NCBI GenBank assembly: GCA_964442175.1 | Contig: CAYTWU010000001.1 | Location: 1-50,391, forward strand | Source: an uncultured Rubrivivax sp. | GTDB lineage: Bacteria; Pseudomonadota; Gammaproteobacteria; Burkholderiales; Burkholderiaceae_C | Length of the DNA stretch: 50,391 nt | Direction: 5' to 3' | Part shown: one piece after another, positions 39,255 to 48,631 of the stretch | Numbering within the stretch: position 1 is the first letter of the stretch | How the letters are laid out: every line of letters starts with the position of its first letter | Program-made: the position numbers and the translations under genes | The notes under the pieces: model-generated | The model's input: only the letters and a program-made list of their open reading frames with translations | What the model was told of the DNA's origin: nothing | Database searches by the model: none

Positions 39255-40376
39255 ATGAGCGGACGTCACCATGTTTCCCAGCAAGCAGCTGGGCGCACGC
39301 GCTGGCGTGCTGCCGTCTGTTGGGGGGCCCCACGACTGGACCGCATTCTCACGGCGCTGGCCGACGAGACCTTGTACGAGCAGATGGACGGCCTCAGCTA
39401 CTTGCGCGGGCAGAGCTTTGATGTCGAGGTCATCGACTCCTCACCCGACCGCTGGAATCCGGGTGCGGGGCGCGGCACCTTGCTCTCGGGCATCGACCCA
39501 ATCCGCTTTGTGCGCCAGCTGCTGCGGTACCGGCACTACGACGTGCTGATCGGTGCCGACTCTCCGTCAGTGCTGCTCTTTGTCCTGCTCAAGCGTTTGC
39601 TGAGGCTGAAGAAGCCGGTGGTGGTGATCGACCCAGCGTTGGATGCCTCCTACCGCAACCGGATGCGACTGCACGCCCTGGTGCTGCCGTATGTGGAGGC
39701 GGTTGTCGTGTTTGGCGAGGTGCAGGTCGAGTTTCTGCGCCGGGAGTATCAGGAGCGCGTGCGCAGCACATTCATCCGGCACCGCATGGACTGTCGTTTC
39801 TTTGACCCGGCCCTGGTCCCTGGGCCGCCAGACGACCCTGCGCAGCGTTACGTGCTCGCTGTCGGCAACGACGTCGGCCGTGACTATCACTCGCTGCTCG
39901 TGGCCGCTGCGGCGCTGCCCATGCCGGTGGTGATCCACACCCGCAAGGCCTTGCCACAGCCGTTGCCGGCCAATGTGCGGGTGCAGTCGCACTGGATTTC
40001 CTTCGAGGAACTGCGCGCGCTGTATGCGCGGGCGTCTGTGGTCGTGATGCCGCTGAAGGAGACGGTCCATGCCAGTGGTACCAATGGGGTACTGGAAGCG
40101 CTGGCCATGGGTCGCCCAGTCGTCGTCAGCGCATCGTCAGGCATCCGCGACTACGTGGTCGACGGGGTCACCGCGCTGACCCCGTCCCCTGGTGATGTCG
40201 ATGCCCTGAGGCATTCCATCCTGACACTCTGGAACCAGCCCGAGAGAGCGGCTGCCATGGGCCGCCAGGCCAGGGCCTATGCGCTGGAGAAGCTGGCGAT
40301 GCCGAGGTACGCCACGCAGATCGCCGAGGTCCTGTTGCGTGCCATGCGGTCCGATTCTTCCGCGTTGCCTGACTGA
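39255..40376 (+). CDS. GT4-like glycosyltransferase, 373 aa
   Basis: VGN..GRDY, SGTNGVLEALAMGRPVV; SD AGGAG at 39241. Confidence 0.8.
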   Translation: MSGRHHVSQQAAGRTRWRAAVCWGAPRLDRILTALADETLYEQMDGLSYLRGQSFDVEVIDSSPDRWNPGAGRGTLLSGIDPIRFVRQLLRYRHYDVLIGADSPSVLLFVLLKRLLRLKKPVVVIDPALDASYRNRMRLHALVLPYVEAVVVFGEVQVEFLRREYQERVRSTFIRHRMDCRFFDPALVPGPPDDPAQRYVLAVGNDVGRDYHSLLVAAAALPMPVVIHTRKALPQPLPANVRVQSHWISFEELRALYARASVVVMPLKETVHASGTNGVLEALAMGRPVVVSASSGIRDYVVDGVTALTPSPGDVDALRHSILTLWNQPERAAAMGRQARAYALEKLAMPRYATQIAEVLLRAMRSDSSALPD

Positions 40377-40387
40377 TCAGAACCGCG

Positions 40388-41878
40388 ATGAGCGTTCGCC
40401 GATCTCTGGGGGTGATTTTCCTGCTGTCCAACTCGCTGACGGTGCTGATGTTCGGCGTCACGGTGGTGCTGGCCAGGCTGCTGTCCCCCAGCGAGATTGG
40501 GGTGTTCTCCATAGTCGCGGTCATCGCTGGCGTGGCGTCGATCCTGCGTGATTTCGGGGTCTCGGCCTACCTGCAACGCGAACGTGATCTCACCGCCGAA
40601 AAGCGCGAGGCGGCGTTGACCTTCCTCATCGTGGTCGCCTGGTCGACGGCGATCGTTTTTGCAGCCCTGGCGCAGCCGATCGCCCGGTTTTATGGCGAAC
40701 CCGGCATGGCATCCCTGGTGTGGGTGTTCTGCCTGAGTTTTGCCATGCTGCCCTTTGCGTCGTATCCGTATGCCCTTCTGGCGCGCGAGATGCGTGTCGA
40801 TGAGCAGGCGGCTGTCAGCGTTGCCAGCCAGATCGCTTTTGCGGTCTGTGCGATAGGGCTTGCCTACCTGGGGCACGGCTACATGTCCTTGGCCTGGGCC
40901 AACGTCGCCAACACGGCCGTCTCCGTCCTGGGCTATCTGACCCTGAGTTCGGTTCGTTATCCACGCCGGCTGAGCCTCAGCAAGTGGGGCGGCCTCGTTC
41001 GGTTCGGCGGCGGCGCCATGTCGGGCATGCTGCTGGACAAGCTGAACCAGGCGGCCCCGGACATGATTCTCGGCAAGATCGGAACCACCCACGATGTCGG
41101 CCTGTTCAGCCGCGCCAACGGTCTGGTGTCTCTGTTCATCCAGGCGGTCGGACCGAGCGTCAACTACAACGCGCTGCCGTTCCTGTCCAGGGAATCGCAT
41201 GAAGGCCGAGCCATTGGCCCGTTGTTGTGCCGGGGGCTGGCGATCATCTGCTGCGTGGGTTGGCCGGTGTACTTCTTTCTGGCGCTGTACGCACGTCAGA
41301 TCATCGAAATCCTGTACGGTGCCGCCTGGGTGGAAGCGGCGCCGGTCGCCTCCGTGCTCGCCCTCGGCTTTGCATTCAGGCTGATGCTGATCTTCGCCTG
41401 GCCCGCGCTGTCTGCTGCTGGCAAGCCCTTCATCGCCGGTCAGGGCGCCGCCGTCGACCTCGCGCTTCGCCTCGTAGCGATCTGGCTTGTGGGGTCGACC
41501 GAGCTCTGGCACTTCGCGGCGGCCATTGCGATGGCCGATATCCTGAGCACTGCGTTTCCCTTGTGGCAGTTGCGGCGCCACCTGGGGCTTAGCCTCGGCG
41601 AGCTTATGAATTCAATGGTACAGACCGGCAAGCTTGCCGTTGTACCCTGTGCCATGCTGCTTTTCGCCCGCTTTGGGTTACCAGACAGCCTGCCCACGAT
41701 CCTGCAACTGGTGGTGGGGATCTTCGTGCTGTTGGTGGGATGGATCTTGGGCGTGAGACTTGTTCAACATGCCATTCGACCTGAGCTGTCGCGGTTCGCA
41801 CTCGGGTTGCCGTCCCCGCGGGTAAGGCGGGTGATTGACTGGGTGGCTTGTACAGCACCGTCCCAGCGGCGCCCGTGA
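40388..41878 (+). CDS. Wzx/WzxC-like polysaccharide flippase
   Basis: LARLLSPSEIG, DFGV..YL, G...VGLFSRA; multi-TM. Confidence 0.85.
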   Translation: MSVRRSLGVIFLLSNSLTVLMFGVTVVLARLLSPSEIGVFSIVAVIAGVASILRDFGVSAYLQRERDLTAEKREAALTFLIVVAWSTAIVFAALAQPIARFYGEPGMASLVWVFCLSFAMLPFASYPYALLAREMRVDEQAAVSVASQIAFAVCAIGLAYLGHGYMSLAWANVANTAVSVLGYLTLSSVRYPRRLSLSKWGGLVRFGGGAMSGMLLDKLNQAAPDMILGKIGTTHDVGLFSRANGLVSLFIQAVGPSVNYNALPFLSRESHEGRAIGPLLCRGLAIICCVGWPVYFFLALYARQIIEILYGAAWVEAAPVASVLALGFAFRLMLIFAWPALSAAGKPFIAGQGAAVDLALRLVAIWLVGSTELWHFAAAIAMADILSTAFPLWQLRRHLGLSLGELMNSMVQTGKLAVVPCAMLLFARFGLPDSLPTILQLVVGIFVLLVGWILGVRLVQHAIRPELSRFALGLPSPRVRRVIDWVACTAPSQRRP

Positions 41879-41921
41879 TACGCCTGGCAATCAATTTTGG
41901 CTTTACATGGTGGACTGAACG

Positions 41922-42860
41922 ATGAAGATGGACCGCGCAAGTTTGATTCGGGGGATCTTGTTGCCCTTCCGACACCTGGTCGTCATGGGCCGTCGAGGTC
42001 AATTGCATCGCAGCGCCTCTGTGCTGATACTGAGGCCGTTCTCAACCTCGAGCTCTCTGACCGCTGGCCTGAGCGTACTGGCTCCGATTGACCGACCGGA
42101 ACTGCGGTTTGCGATGTCGGACTCTATGGTGTTGCGCGCGGTTTACTGGTTTGGCGTGCAAGGCTACGAGGGAATACTGACCAGGGTCTGGGAACTGCTG
42201 TGTCGCCAAAGCACGGCTGTGCTGGAGGTGGGTGGCAACATCGGGTTGTACGCGGTGCTCGGGGGCTCGCAGAAGCCTAAGCGTTACAGCGTTTTGGAAC
42301 CTATCCCGTTGGTTGCCGATCAGATCAGGAAGAATCTGCTTTTGAACCGGCTCGATGGCGTAGAGGTTTTGCAAGTGGCAGCCATACCGATGCGTGTTTC
42401 GCAGCCAGTGCAAATGAACGTGCCGGCCGAAGCCGACGCCATCCCTGTGGGCGCCCACTTGGTCGAGGGTGTCGAAGTGACGGGGCGATCATCATGTCAA
42501 GTCCTCACCGTCACTGGTATTCCGTTTGCTGACCTTGCTGCTGACCGCGACTTGATCAAGATCGACGCGGAGGGCATCGAGGCCATCTTGTTGGAATCCG
42601 CAATCGAAGTGCTGGCGATTCAGCGCCCGACTCTGGTCATCGAGGTCTTGCCTGAGTCAGAGCATTTGAGCAGTGTGCTGAAGCGTTTGGCTCTTGATCT
42701 CAGCTATCGAATCTACGTTGTTCCCGCCTACGGAACCGATGTCCCCGTGGAGGTAGCGCCTGAAGAATTCAACAGCCGGTTCCCGTCAAGACATCGGTCA
42801 AAGGATGTCGTGCTGACCAGGATCGACCTGAACCGGCTGCTCGCCGACGGACCGCCTTGA
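41922..42860 (+). CDS. FkbM-family methyltransferase
   Basis: YE, EVGGNIG.Y, LEP, IKIDAEG.E, RPTLVIE. Confidence 0.8.
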   Translation: MKMDRASLIRGILLPFRHLVVMGRRGQLHRSASVLILRPFSTSSSLTAGLSVLAPIDRPELRFAMSDSMVLRAVYWFGVQGYEGILTRVWELLCRQSTAVLEVGGNIGLYAVLGGSQKPKRYSVLEPIPLVADQIRKNLLLNRLDGVEVLQVAAIPMRVSQPVQMNVPAEADAIPVGAHLVEGVEVTGRSSCQVLTVTGIPFADLAADRDLIKIDAEGIEAILLESAIEVLAIQRPTLVIEVLPESEHLSSVLKRLALDLSYRIYVVPAYGTDVPVEVAPEEFNSRFPSRHRSKDVVLTRIDLNRLLADGPP

Positions 42861-42872
42861 TGTGAAGTTGCA

Positions 42873-45350
42873 TCAGACCGACAAGGCTGGGATCGTCTGG
42901 ATCGAGTTATAGCGGGTGAAGCCCGCGTCGTAGACAAACGGCGTGTAGCTGTTGAGCGCGGCAATGCGGCTGTTCATGCGTGTGAGTGCGGCGGTTCGTT
43001 CACTGCCCGCTGCTGCGAACAGGTCCCACCACAGGTAGGCTGTCTGGTGCCTGGACAGACCGGCATAGTTGAACCCGAACTGACCGTCGGGGCGCACTGC
43101 TGCGATCTGGTCGGTTCCCGGGATGGCATTCGGCGCCAGATACCAATGGGCGTCGGTGCGGGGCGCTGGGTTGTATGCCAGCACCTGCGCCATGGTCGAC
43201 GGGACGGTGGTCAGATCCGTTTGCACTGCGCCCTGGCTCGTGCTGCGCAGCACGAGGTACGGTGTCGAGAAGGCGCCGGTCGAGGCGATGGCCCAGGGTG
43301 CGTCTGCAAACAGACGTGCGTTCACTTCCAGTTGCCGCTCCAGATCGCCCAGGCACAACGCAGTGTCGTTGTTGCGCTTGAGAACCTCGTACAGGCCGCT
43401 GGCTTTCAGCACGGTCAGGAAATGGCCCATGTAGATCGTAAAGATGCCGAGGGTGGCGACCCAGCCACTGCCTGCGCTGTAGTTGCCTCCCGCGGGCCAG
43501 GACTGCCAGCTGATCTGCAGCCCGCCCGTCAGTGCAAAGCCGGCTTGGCTTGCGGTGCGTGCATTCGCTGTCGTCGGCATCGCGTCTCGGATCTCGGTCT
43601 TCCACTTTGCAAAGAAGGCGTGGAAGCGGTCTTCAATCTGGGCGCGGGTGTAGACGCCGTTGGTGGTGGCGGTCCACCACATCAGGGCCGAAGTGCAGAA
43701 CGGCAGGATGTTGGTGCGACTGCTCCAGAAGTAGCTGGGGTCGTTCAGGAACAGGTCGATGTTGCTGCCGAAGATGTTGTAGTTCGCCCGGCTCAAAACG
43801 GGTGACATCAAGTGGCTCTCGAACATCATCATGTGCTCGGCCATGCGGCTGAACAATGGGTCGGCATACAACAAGACGGCCCAAGCGGTGCCAGCGCGGT
43901 TATTGTGTTCACTGTCCGGGCACCAACCGTTACGAGGGTGATTGCCCGTGCTGCTGGCGCCGCCGACGCCTGGATTGGCCCACTCGATGATCGACGCAAT
44001 CGGGCCCAGACCGGTGCCGTACTGATCGCCAACCCACACGGCGCCCGCGTTGCTGGACTGGCTGGTCAGTGTTCCGTAGTAGTGGAACACCGGCGCAAAG
44101 GCGTTGTCGGCCACTGCGGTCTGTGGCGTTGAGTCGAAGTGGTTGATGGCGTCCAGCGTGGCCATGCTGCGCGGGTAATAGCCTGGGTAGTTGGCGTTAT
44201 TGAGTGCGAAACCTCTGGCCATCTCCGCGGTTGAAGCGTTGTCGTTGGTACGCGTGCTCTGGGACAGCGCCATCTGGAATATCTCGTTGGGCAGGATCGT
44301 GCGGTCCATGCGCACGCCACCCGGGCCACCGCGACGTGTGATCCCGCCCAGCGCGCCTGGTTCGTAGTCCCAACCGACACGCAAGGCATTGACCCAGTTG
44401 TAGCCCTGCACCCCAAAAGTCAGTTCAGGGTCGTTCTGCACCACCGTAGGCAGTGCTTGGATATCGGCTTGCGACATGGCCCACCGGGGCATCACTTCCG
44501 GATGGCCATTGCCGTTGCCGCCGTAGTTCGGGTCATGCAGATGCACGTCGTCGCCGTTGTAGATGCTGCGGACTTTTGTGGCTTTGCCATTCCAGAGATC
44601 GCTTCGGACACGCGGAATGCGGTCCCGCACCGCTGCTGAGGAGTCCGGCGTAGAACCAAAGAAGGCGATGTAACTGGACCCGGCCGACATCCATGGCCGC
44701 ATCGGTTTGTCGGCCGGCAGGCGAACGCCGCTGTACTTGACCGTCGGGAACAGGCCAAGCGCCGTCGGCCGATCGCTGACGGTCCAGTTGAACGGTACGT
44801 TGACCAGAGAGGCGTGGTTCATCGGCAGACCATCACGCATCTCGATGGTTTTGAGCCGTTCGCCGGCAGCATTGGTGATGCGCAGCTTGTGCGGCCCCGG
44901 AAAGGTCGTGGCGCCGCGAATATCGCCGAACAAGCCATCGCCCAGATCAAGCGCGCGCATCATCACCAGCACCCGATGGCTGGTTTGACTGTACCGCCCG
45001 CCGGCCCGGATCGTGAAAAGTTTGGCACTGAACTGAACCCTGTTCAATACGGGCAATGCTGTGATGGTCGCCGGCCCAAGTTCCTGCCACCCAAGACAAT
45101 CGGCGGCCAGTGCGGCATCTGCAAAGGTGTCGTCGCGGATCAGGGTAGAGAAGTCAATCCGGCCTGCGTCAATTGCGGTTCCACTGGCCCAATCTTCGAC
45201 CACTACAAAGGCCGGCACCATGTCCGTTCCGCTGCCATTGCCCGCAGCCGGCTCCTCCGCAGCCTCAGACGTTCCACCGCCGCCGCAAGCGCCCAACAAG
45301 GTGGCGCCCGCCAACGGAAAGAGGCCGATGAAGTGTCGTCGTGTCGTCAT
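42873..45350 (-). CDS. Large hypothetical Tat-dependent lipoprotein, 825 aa
   Basis: TRRHFI twin-arginine motif plus lipobox LGAC, low-complexity linker, long aromatic/Asn/Gly-rich body; SD AGGA. Confidence 0.75.
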   Translation of the reverse strand: MTTRRHFIGLFPLAGATLLGACGGGGTSEAAEEPAAGNGSGTDMVPAFVVVEDWASGTAIDAGRIDFSTLIRDDTFADAALAADCLGWQELGPATITALPVLNRVQFSAKLFTIRAGGRYSQTSHRVLVMMRALDLGDGLFGDIRGATTFPGPHKLRITNAAGERLKTIEMRDGLPMNHASLVNVPFNWTVSDRPTALGLFPTVKYSGVRLPADKPMRPWMSAGSSYIAFFGSTPDSSAAVRDRIPRVRSDLWNGKATKVRSIYNGDDVHLHDPNYGGNGNGHPEVMPRWAMSQADIQALPTVVQNDPELTFGVQGYNWVNALRVGWDYEPGALGGITRRGGPGGVRMDRTILPNEIFQMALSQSTRTNDNASTAEMARGFALNNANYPGYYPRSMATLDAINHFDSTPQTAVADNAFAPVFHYYGTLTSQSSNAGAVWVGDQYGTGLGPIASIIEWANPGVGGASSTGNHPRNGWCPDSEHNNRAGTAWAVLLYADPLFSRMAEHMMMFESHLMSPVLSRANYNIFGSNIDLFLNDPSYFWSSRTNILPFCTSALMWWTATTNGVYTRAQIEDRFHAFFAKWKTEIRDAMPTTANARTASQAGFALTGGLQISWQSWPAGGNYSAGSGWVATLGIFTIYMGHFLTVLKASGLYEVLKRNNDTALCLGDLERQLEVNARLFADAPWAIASTGAFSTPYLVLRSTSQGAVQTDLTTVPSTMAQVLAYNPAPRTDAHWYLAPNAIPGTDQIAAVRPDGQFGFNYAGLSRHQTAYLWWDLFAAAGSERTAALTRMNSRIAALNSYTPFVYDAGFTRYNSIQTIPALSV

Positions 45351-45957
45351 GCTCGATTCCTAGGAAATGTGCCCTTGGGGCGACGCCCGAACCGATTCGA
45401 TTCGATATCCATCACCTGGCGTCGACCGCTTCCCCAGTTTGCTTATCGGCATCGGCTGGGCGCCAGTGACAGTTGATCACCGGACAATTTGTGACAAGGA
45501 GTAGTCTAGCTGTGCATCCTGCGCGCACCTGTTCTGTCACTGGCCGAAAGCGCCCCTAAAACAAGGGACGTTGCCGAAGCGCTGAGGGCAAGTCGAGTCC
45601 TTGTCGATCACGGCTTCTTTTGCGAAGTAGAGCTTGGTACGTGGCCGCCAGAAGTCACAGGCGGGCGCAAGGCCAGCGCCCAAATACAGGGGCAGCGTCC
45701 CTGATGGCGGCTGTGAAGCGACAGTAATCGAGCCGTTAGGTGGCAGCCGTCAGGGTTTCGGTATCGGGTCCTGGGTCCGGCCGGCTCAGGTGCTGCAGGA
45801 ATGACCCGAGGCGGTGGTCTGCTCGCCGGCCCGTGAAGTCAAAGTGCTGCCGATCCCGTCGTGCTTCATCATCATCTGCGCTGGCACGCGTACCGTGCAT
45901 GCATCACCGCCGGTGTAGTCGGACCCAGCCACCGGCTGGTGATCGCTCAGGTTCTGG

Positions 45958-46719
45958 TCATCCTCCGTTGTCCGAGCGGCTCCTCGATCCAACACCCCGG
46001 CCGTCACGCAGCCTGAAGTTCTTGCCGTAGATGAGTGCTGCCTTTACGCCGTCGACCCAGCCCCGGGTGCGGCGGTACAGTGGCTCCTTGCACACCGCCT
46101 GCAGGTCGGCCAGCTCCAGTTGCGTCCCAAACACCCGGTTCATCCGTGCAAGTGTGGACTCTGGCTGCAGCAGCAGTTCCTCGAAATTCAGTGCCAGGTG
46201 CGGGCGCGCGATGCTGGCGACGTAGGCCAGGTTGGCCTGCGTGATACTTTCGCCATAGTCGCGCCTGAAATGCCAGCTCTGGATGTGGCGTCGCAGATTG
46301 GCCGAGATCCAGGCTTGGGTCGGTTCCCGCGTCAGCAGCAAGAAGGAGACGTTGGACAGGTCGAGCAACGGTGCCCAAACCCGGAGGGTCCAGGTCAGCC
46401 GCGGGTCCTTCCAGACCCAGGGTTCATGCATGTTGCAATGTCTGACGAAGGCCAGCGCCTGGTTCCGTTCGTCACCTGCGGGTAGCGGGCTGAACCGGGC
46501 CAGGGTCGCGGCATCGAACTGCTGCTGTTCGTAGCGCAGGTCCGGGGCCATAGTGGCTAACCAGCGCTCGTTCAGCCGGACCAGCTCATGGTTCTCGAAG
46601 GTGTCGTAGTCGTGCTTCCGAGCCGTGGACTCTCCCAGCCAGAAGCCGGCGCGTCCCAGCAGGCCGGCGAAGACCGAACTACCGGCCCAGCCGTGGGTCA
46701 GGATGATGATGTTGTTCAT
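45958..46719 (-). CDS. Sulfotransferase-like P-loop protein, 253 aa
   Basis: IIILTHGWAGSS (PSB-loop position), FEN, WVWKDPR, LTREP...S, FEELL.QP; ATGA overlap with the GNAT gene. Confidence 0.6.
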   Translation of the reverse strand: MNNIIILTHGWAGSSVFAGLLGRAGFWLGESTARKHDYDTFENHELVRLNERWLATMAPDLRYEQQQFDAATLARFSPLPAGDERNQALAFVRHCNMHEPWVWKDPRLTWTLRVWAPLLDLSNVSFLLLTREPTQAWISANLRRHIQSWHFRRDYGESITQANLAYVASIARPHLALNFEELLLQPESTLARMNRVFGTQLELADLQAVCKEPLYRRTRGWVDGVKAALIYGKNFRLRDGRGVGSRSRSDNGG

Positions 46720-47780
46720 GCAGCGGCACGTCGGTGGCGGAGGGTGGACAGTGCACGGAGCGCGAGCGCGTGTGCCACCTGGCCCGCACCTGCCAGCGTT
46801 CGTGGATGGTGGCAGACCAGGGCCCAGCGTTCACGCCGCTGTGGGGTCCAGCCCTGCTTGTAGATTTCATCGCCCATGCCGTAGTCCACCTCCTGTACGC
46901 GATCTTCGACAAGCGCGTGTTGCATCAACGCGGCGGTCAGCACGCTGCCGGCGCCCAAGTCGGCGTGCCGCTCGCGGTACGCCAGTTTGTAGATGTGGGC
47001 CGTGCCGTCATGCACCAGCCATACCTGCGCCGCCACGGCTTCGTCGCCCAGCCATGCCACGCCCAAGCGCAGCCAGCCCTGCTGCGCCGCCAGCCGGATC
47101 AGGCCAGGCATGAAGCCGGGGTGCGGCTCGGCGGTCTTCCAGCTGTCGGCATAGACCGCCTGGAAGGCAGCCAGACCGCATTCGACCTCGGCACTTGCGC
47201 TGATGATCTCGATGCGCCCGCCAGCCCTGGCCAGCTGCCGGCTCTTGCGCTGCACGGTGTTGCGCAACGCACTTTCGCGGCCTCGCCAGTAGGTGGCCCA
47301 GCTGCTGTCGACGGTCCAGTACCAGTTGCCAAAACGGAAGTGGCGGTCGACCCAGAATCCCGCTTGACGCGCGCCCTCCAGAATCGCTGCGTCATGGGTC
47401 AAGTCTTCTGGCCAGGGTCCGAGCAGCAACGTGCTCGGTCGGTGCTGCAGTGCCGCGAAGCTTTCGAACAGCGCTTGCCACTGTGCTGGGCTGGCACACC
47501 CGGCGACCGATGGCACAGCCAGCGGGCTGTAGTAGTTGGCCAATGATTGCCAGTGGCGACCCGACGCCACCATCGGCAGCACGATGTTCAGACCCTGGTC
47601 TTGCTGCAGCACGAGTGTCTCGGGCCGGGCGCCGCGGCCGAAGTCCACCTCGCGCACCAGGAGTGCCAGCCACTCCGGCGTGCCGAAGGGCCCGCTGTGG
47701 TTGTGCTGGCGCAGATGCGCCTGCAACGCCGCCGACCAGCCGGCCGGCGCGCCCGCCCGTCGCACGTTGCCGCTGATCAT
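46716..47780 (-). CDS. GNAT-family protein (CelD/BcsL-like), 354 aa
   Basis: Start ATG47780 (ATGA overlap); LANYYSP, LRNTVQRK, YKLAY, GAGSVL, VDYGMGDE.YK..W. Confidence 0.78.
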   Translation of the reverse strand: MISGNVRRAGAPAGWSAALQAHLRQHNHSGPFGTPEWLALLVREVDFGRGARPETLVLQQDQGLNIVLPMVASGRHWQSLANYYSPLAVPSVAGCASPAQWQALFESFAALQHRPSTLLLGPWPEDLTHDAAILEGARQAGFWVDRHFRFGNWYWTVDSSWATYWRGRESALRNTVQRKSRQLARAGGRIEIISASAEVECGLAAFQAVYADSWKTAEPHPGFMPGLIRLAAQQGWLRLGVAWLGDEAVAAQVWLVHDGTAHIYKLAYRERHADLGAGSVLTAALMQHALVEDRVQEVDYGMGDEIYKQGWTPQRRERWALVCHHPRTLAGAGQVAHALALRALSTLRHRRAAA

Positions 47781-48631
47781 GTCGAAGCCAGCGACGAGAG
47801 CCGAAGAAGCACGTCGTGCGCCAGCGTGGCACGCGACGCCGCATCGGTCAGCGTATGGTCGGCGCCTGGCAGGCGATGAAGCTGCAGATGGCCCGAGGTC
47901 CGAAGCGAGCGCCATGCCGGAGCGGACGACAGCAGGGTATCGAACTCCTGGGCGGTCGGGTCTCGTTCGGCCAAGTGGACGAGGACCGGCCCTGGAATCT
48001 GCCGCACACCGGTCAGCATGCCGGCGCGGAAATCGGCGGCCGCCACCGCAGAGCGGCCCAGTCCGGCGCGCATGTTGTGCAGCAACCCTTTCATCGCTGC
48101 CACGCCAACGTCGCCGCGCATCAGCTTGTGCCAGAACGCAGGCTGCAGCAGCCGCTGGCCATACCAATGCTTCAGCTGTGCACGGGCCTGGGTCTCGGTG
48201 TGGCGGACCCAGGGGTTCAGCAGCGCCAGGCCTGTGACCCGCGGGTCGGCCCGCCGCGCCACGTACAGGGCTGCAGCAGAAGCGCCATCGCACAGCCCCC
48301 AGAGCAGCACGTGCTGGATGTCCGGCTGCTGGAGCTGCAGGTGGTCGACGGCCGCCGCGATGTCGTTGTCCAGTCCCTCGAATCCGGGATGGCTGCCGGT
48401 GCTGTCGCCCATGCCGCGGCAGTCGAACCTCAGGGCGGCAAAACCGGCCGTGGCCGCCTGCCGCGCCAGGTCAACGAACTGGCGGTGGGCGCCGACGCGG
48501 TACTGCGGGCCGCCAACGACGATGAGCAACGCCACGGTCGCCACCGGTCGCTCCGTCGGCGTGGCCAGCACGCCCACCAGCGTGTCACCCTGGCACTCGA
48601 AGGCCAGGGCCTGTTCCTTGCACAACTTCAC
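47777..48631 (-). CDS. Hydrolase 1, exosortase A system-associated (TIGR03100-like), 284 aa
   Basis: Start GTG48631 (GTGA overlap); IVVGGPQYRVG.HRQF, RFD.RGMGDS, LWGLCDGA, LLNPWV, ADHT. Confidence 0.88.
   Translation of the reverse strand: MKLCKEQALAFECQGDTLVGVLATPTERPVATVALLIVVGGPQYRVGAHRQFVDLARQAATAGFAALRFDCRGMGDSTGSHPGFEGLDNDIAAAVDHLQLQQPDIQHVLLWGLCDGASAAALYVARRADPRVTGLALLNPWVRHTETQARAQLKHWYGQRLLQPAFWHKLMRGDVGVAAMKGLLHNMRAGLGRSAVAAADFRAGMLTGVRQIPGPVLVHLAERDPTAQEFDTLLSSAPAWRSLRTSGHLQLHRLPGADHTLTDAASRATLAHDVLLRLSSLAST

Noticed and set aside
45351..45957. c-di-GMP riboswitch upstream of the lipoprotein gene
   Set aside because: The class I consensus elements (GGCAAA..GAAA..GACGCAAA) were not found by eye on the coding strand.
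45786..46007. 73-aa minus-strand ORF in the intergenic region
   Set aside because: It overlaps the upstream gene end and has no SD, motif or typical codon bias.
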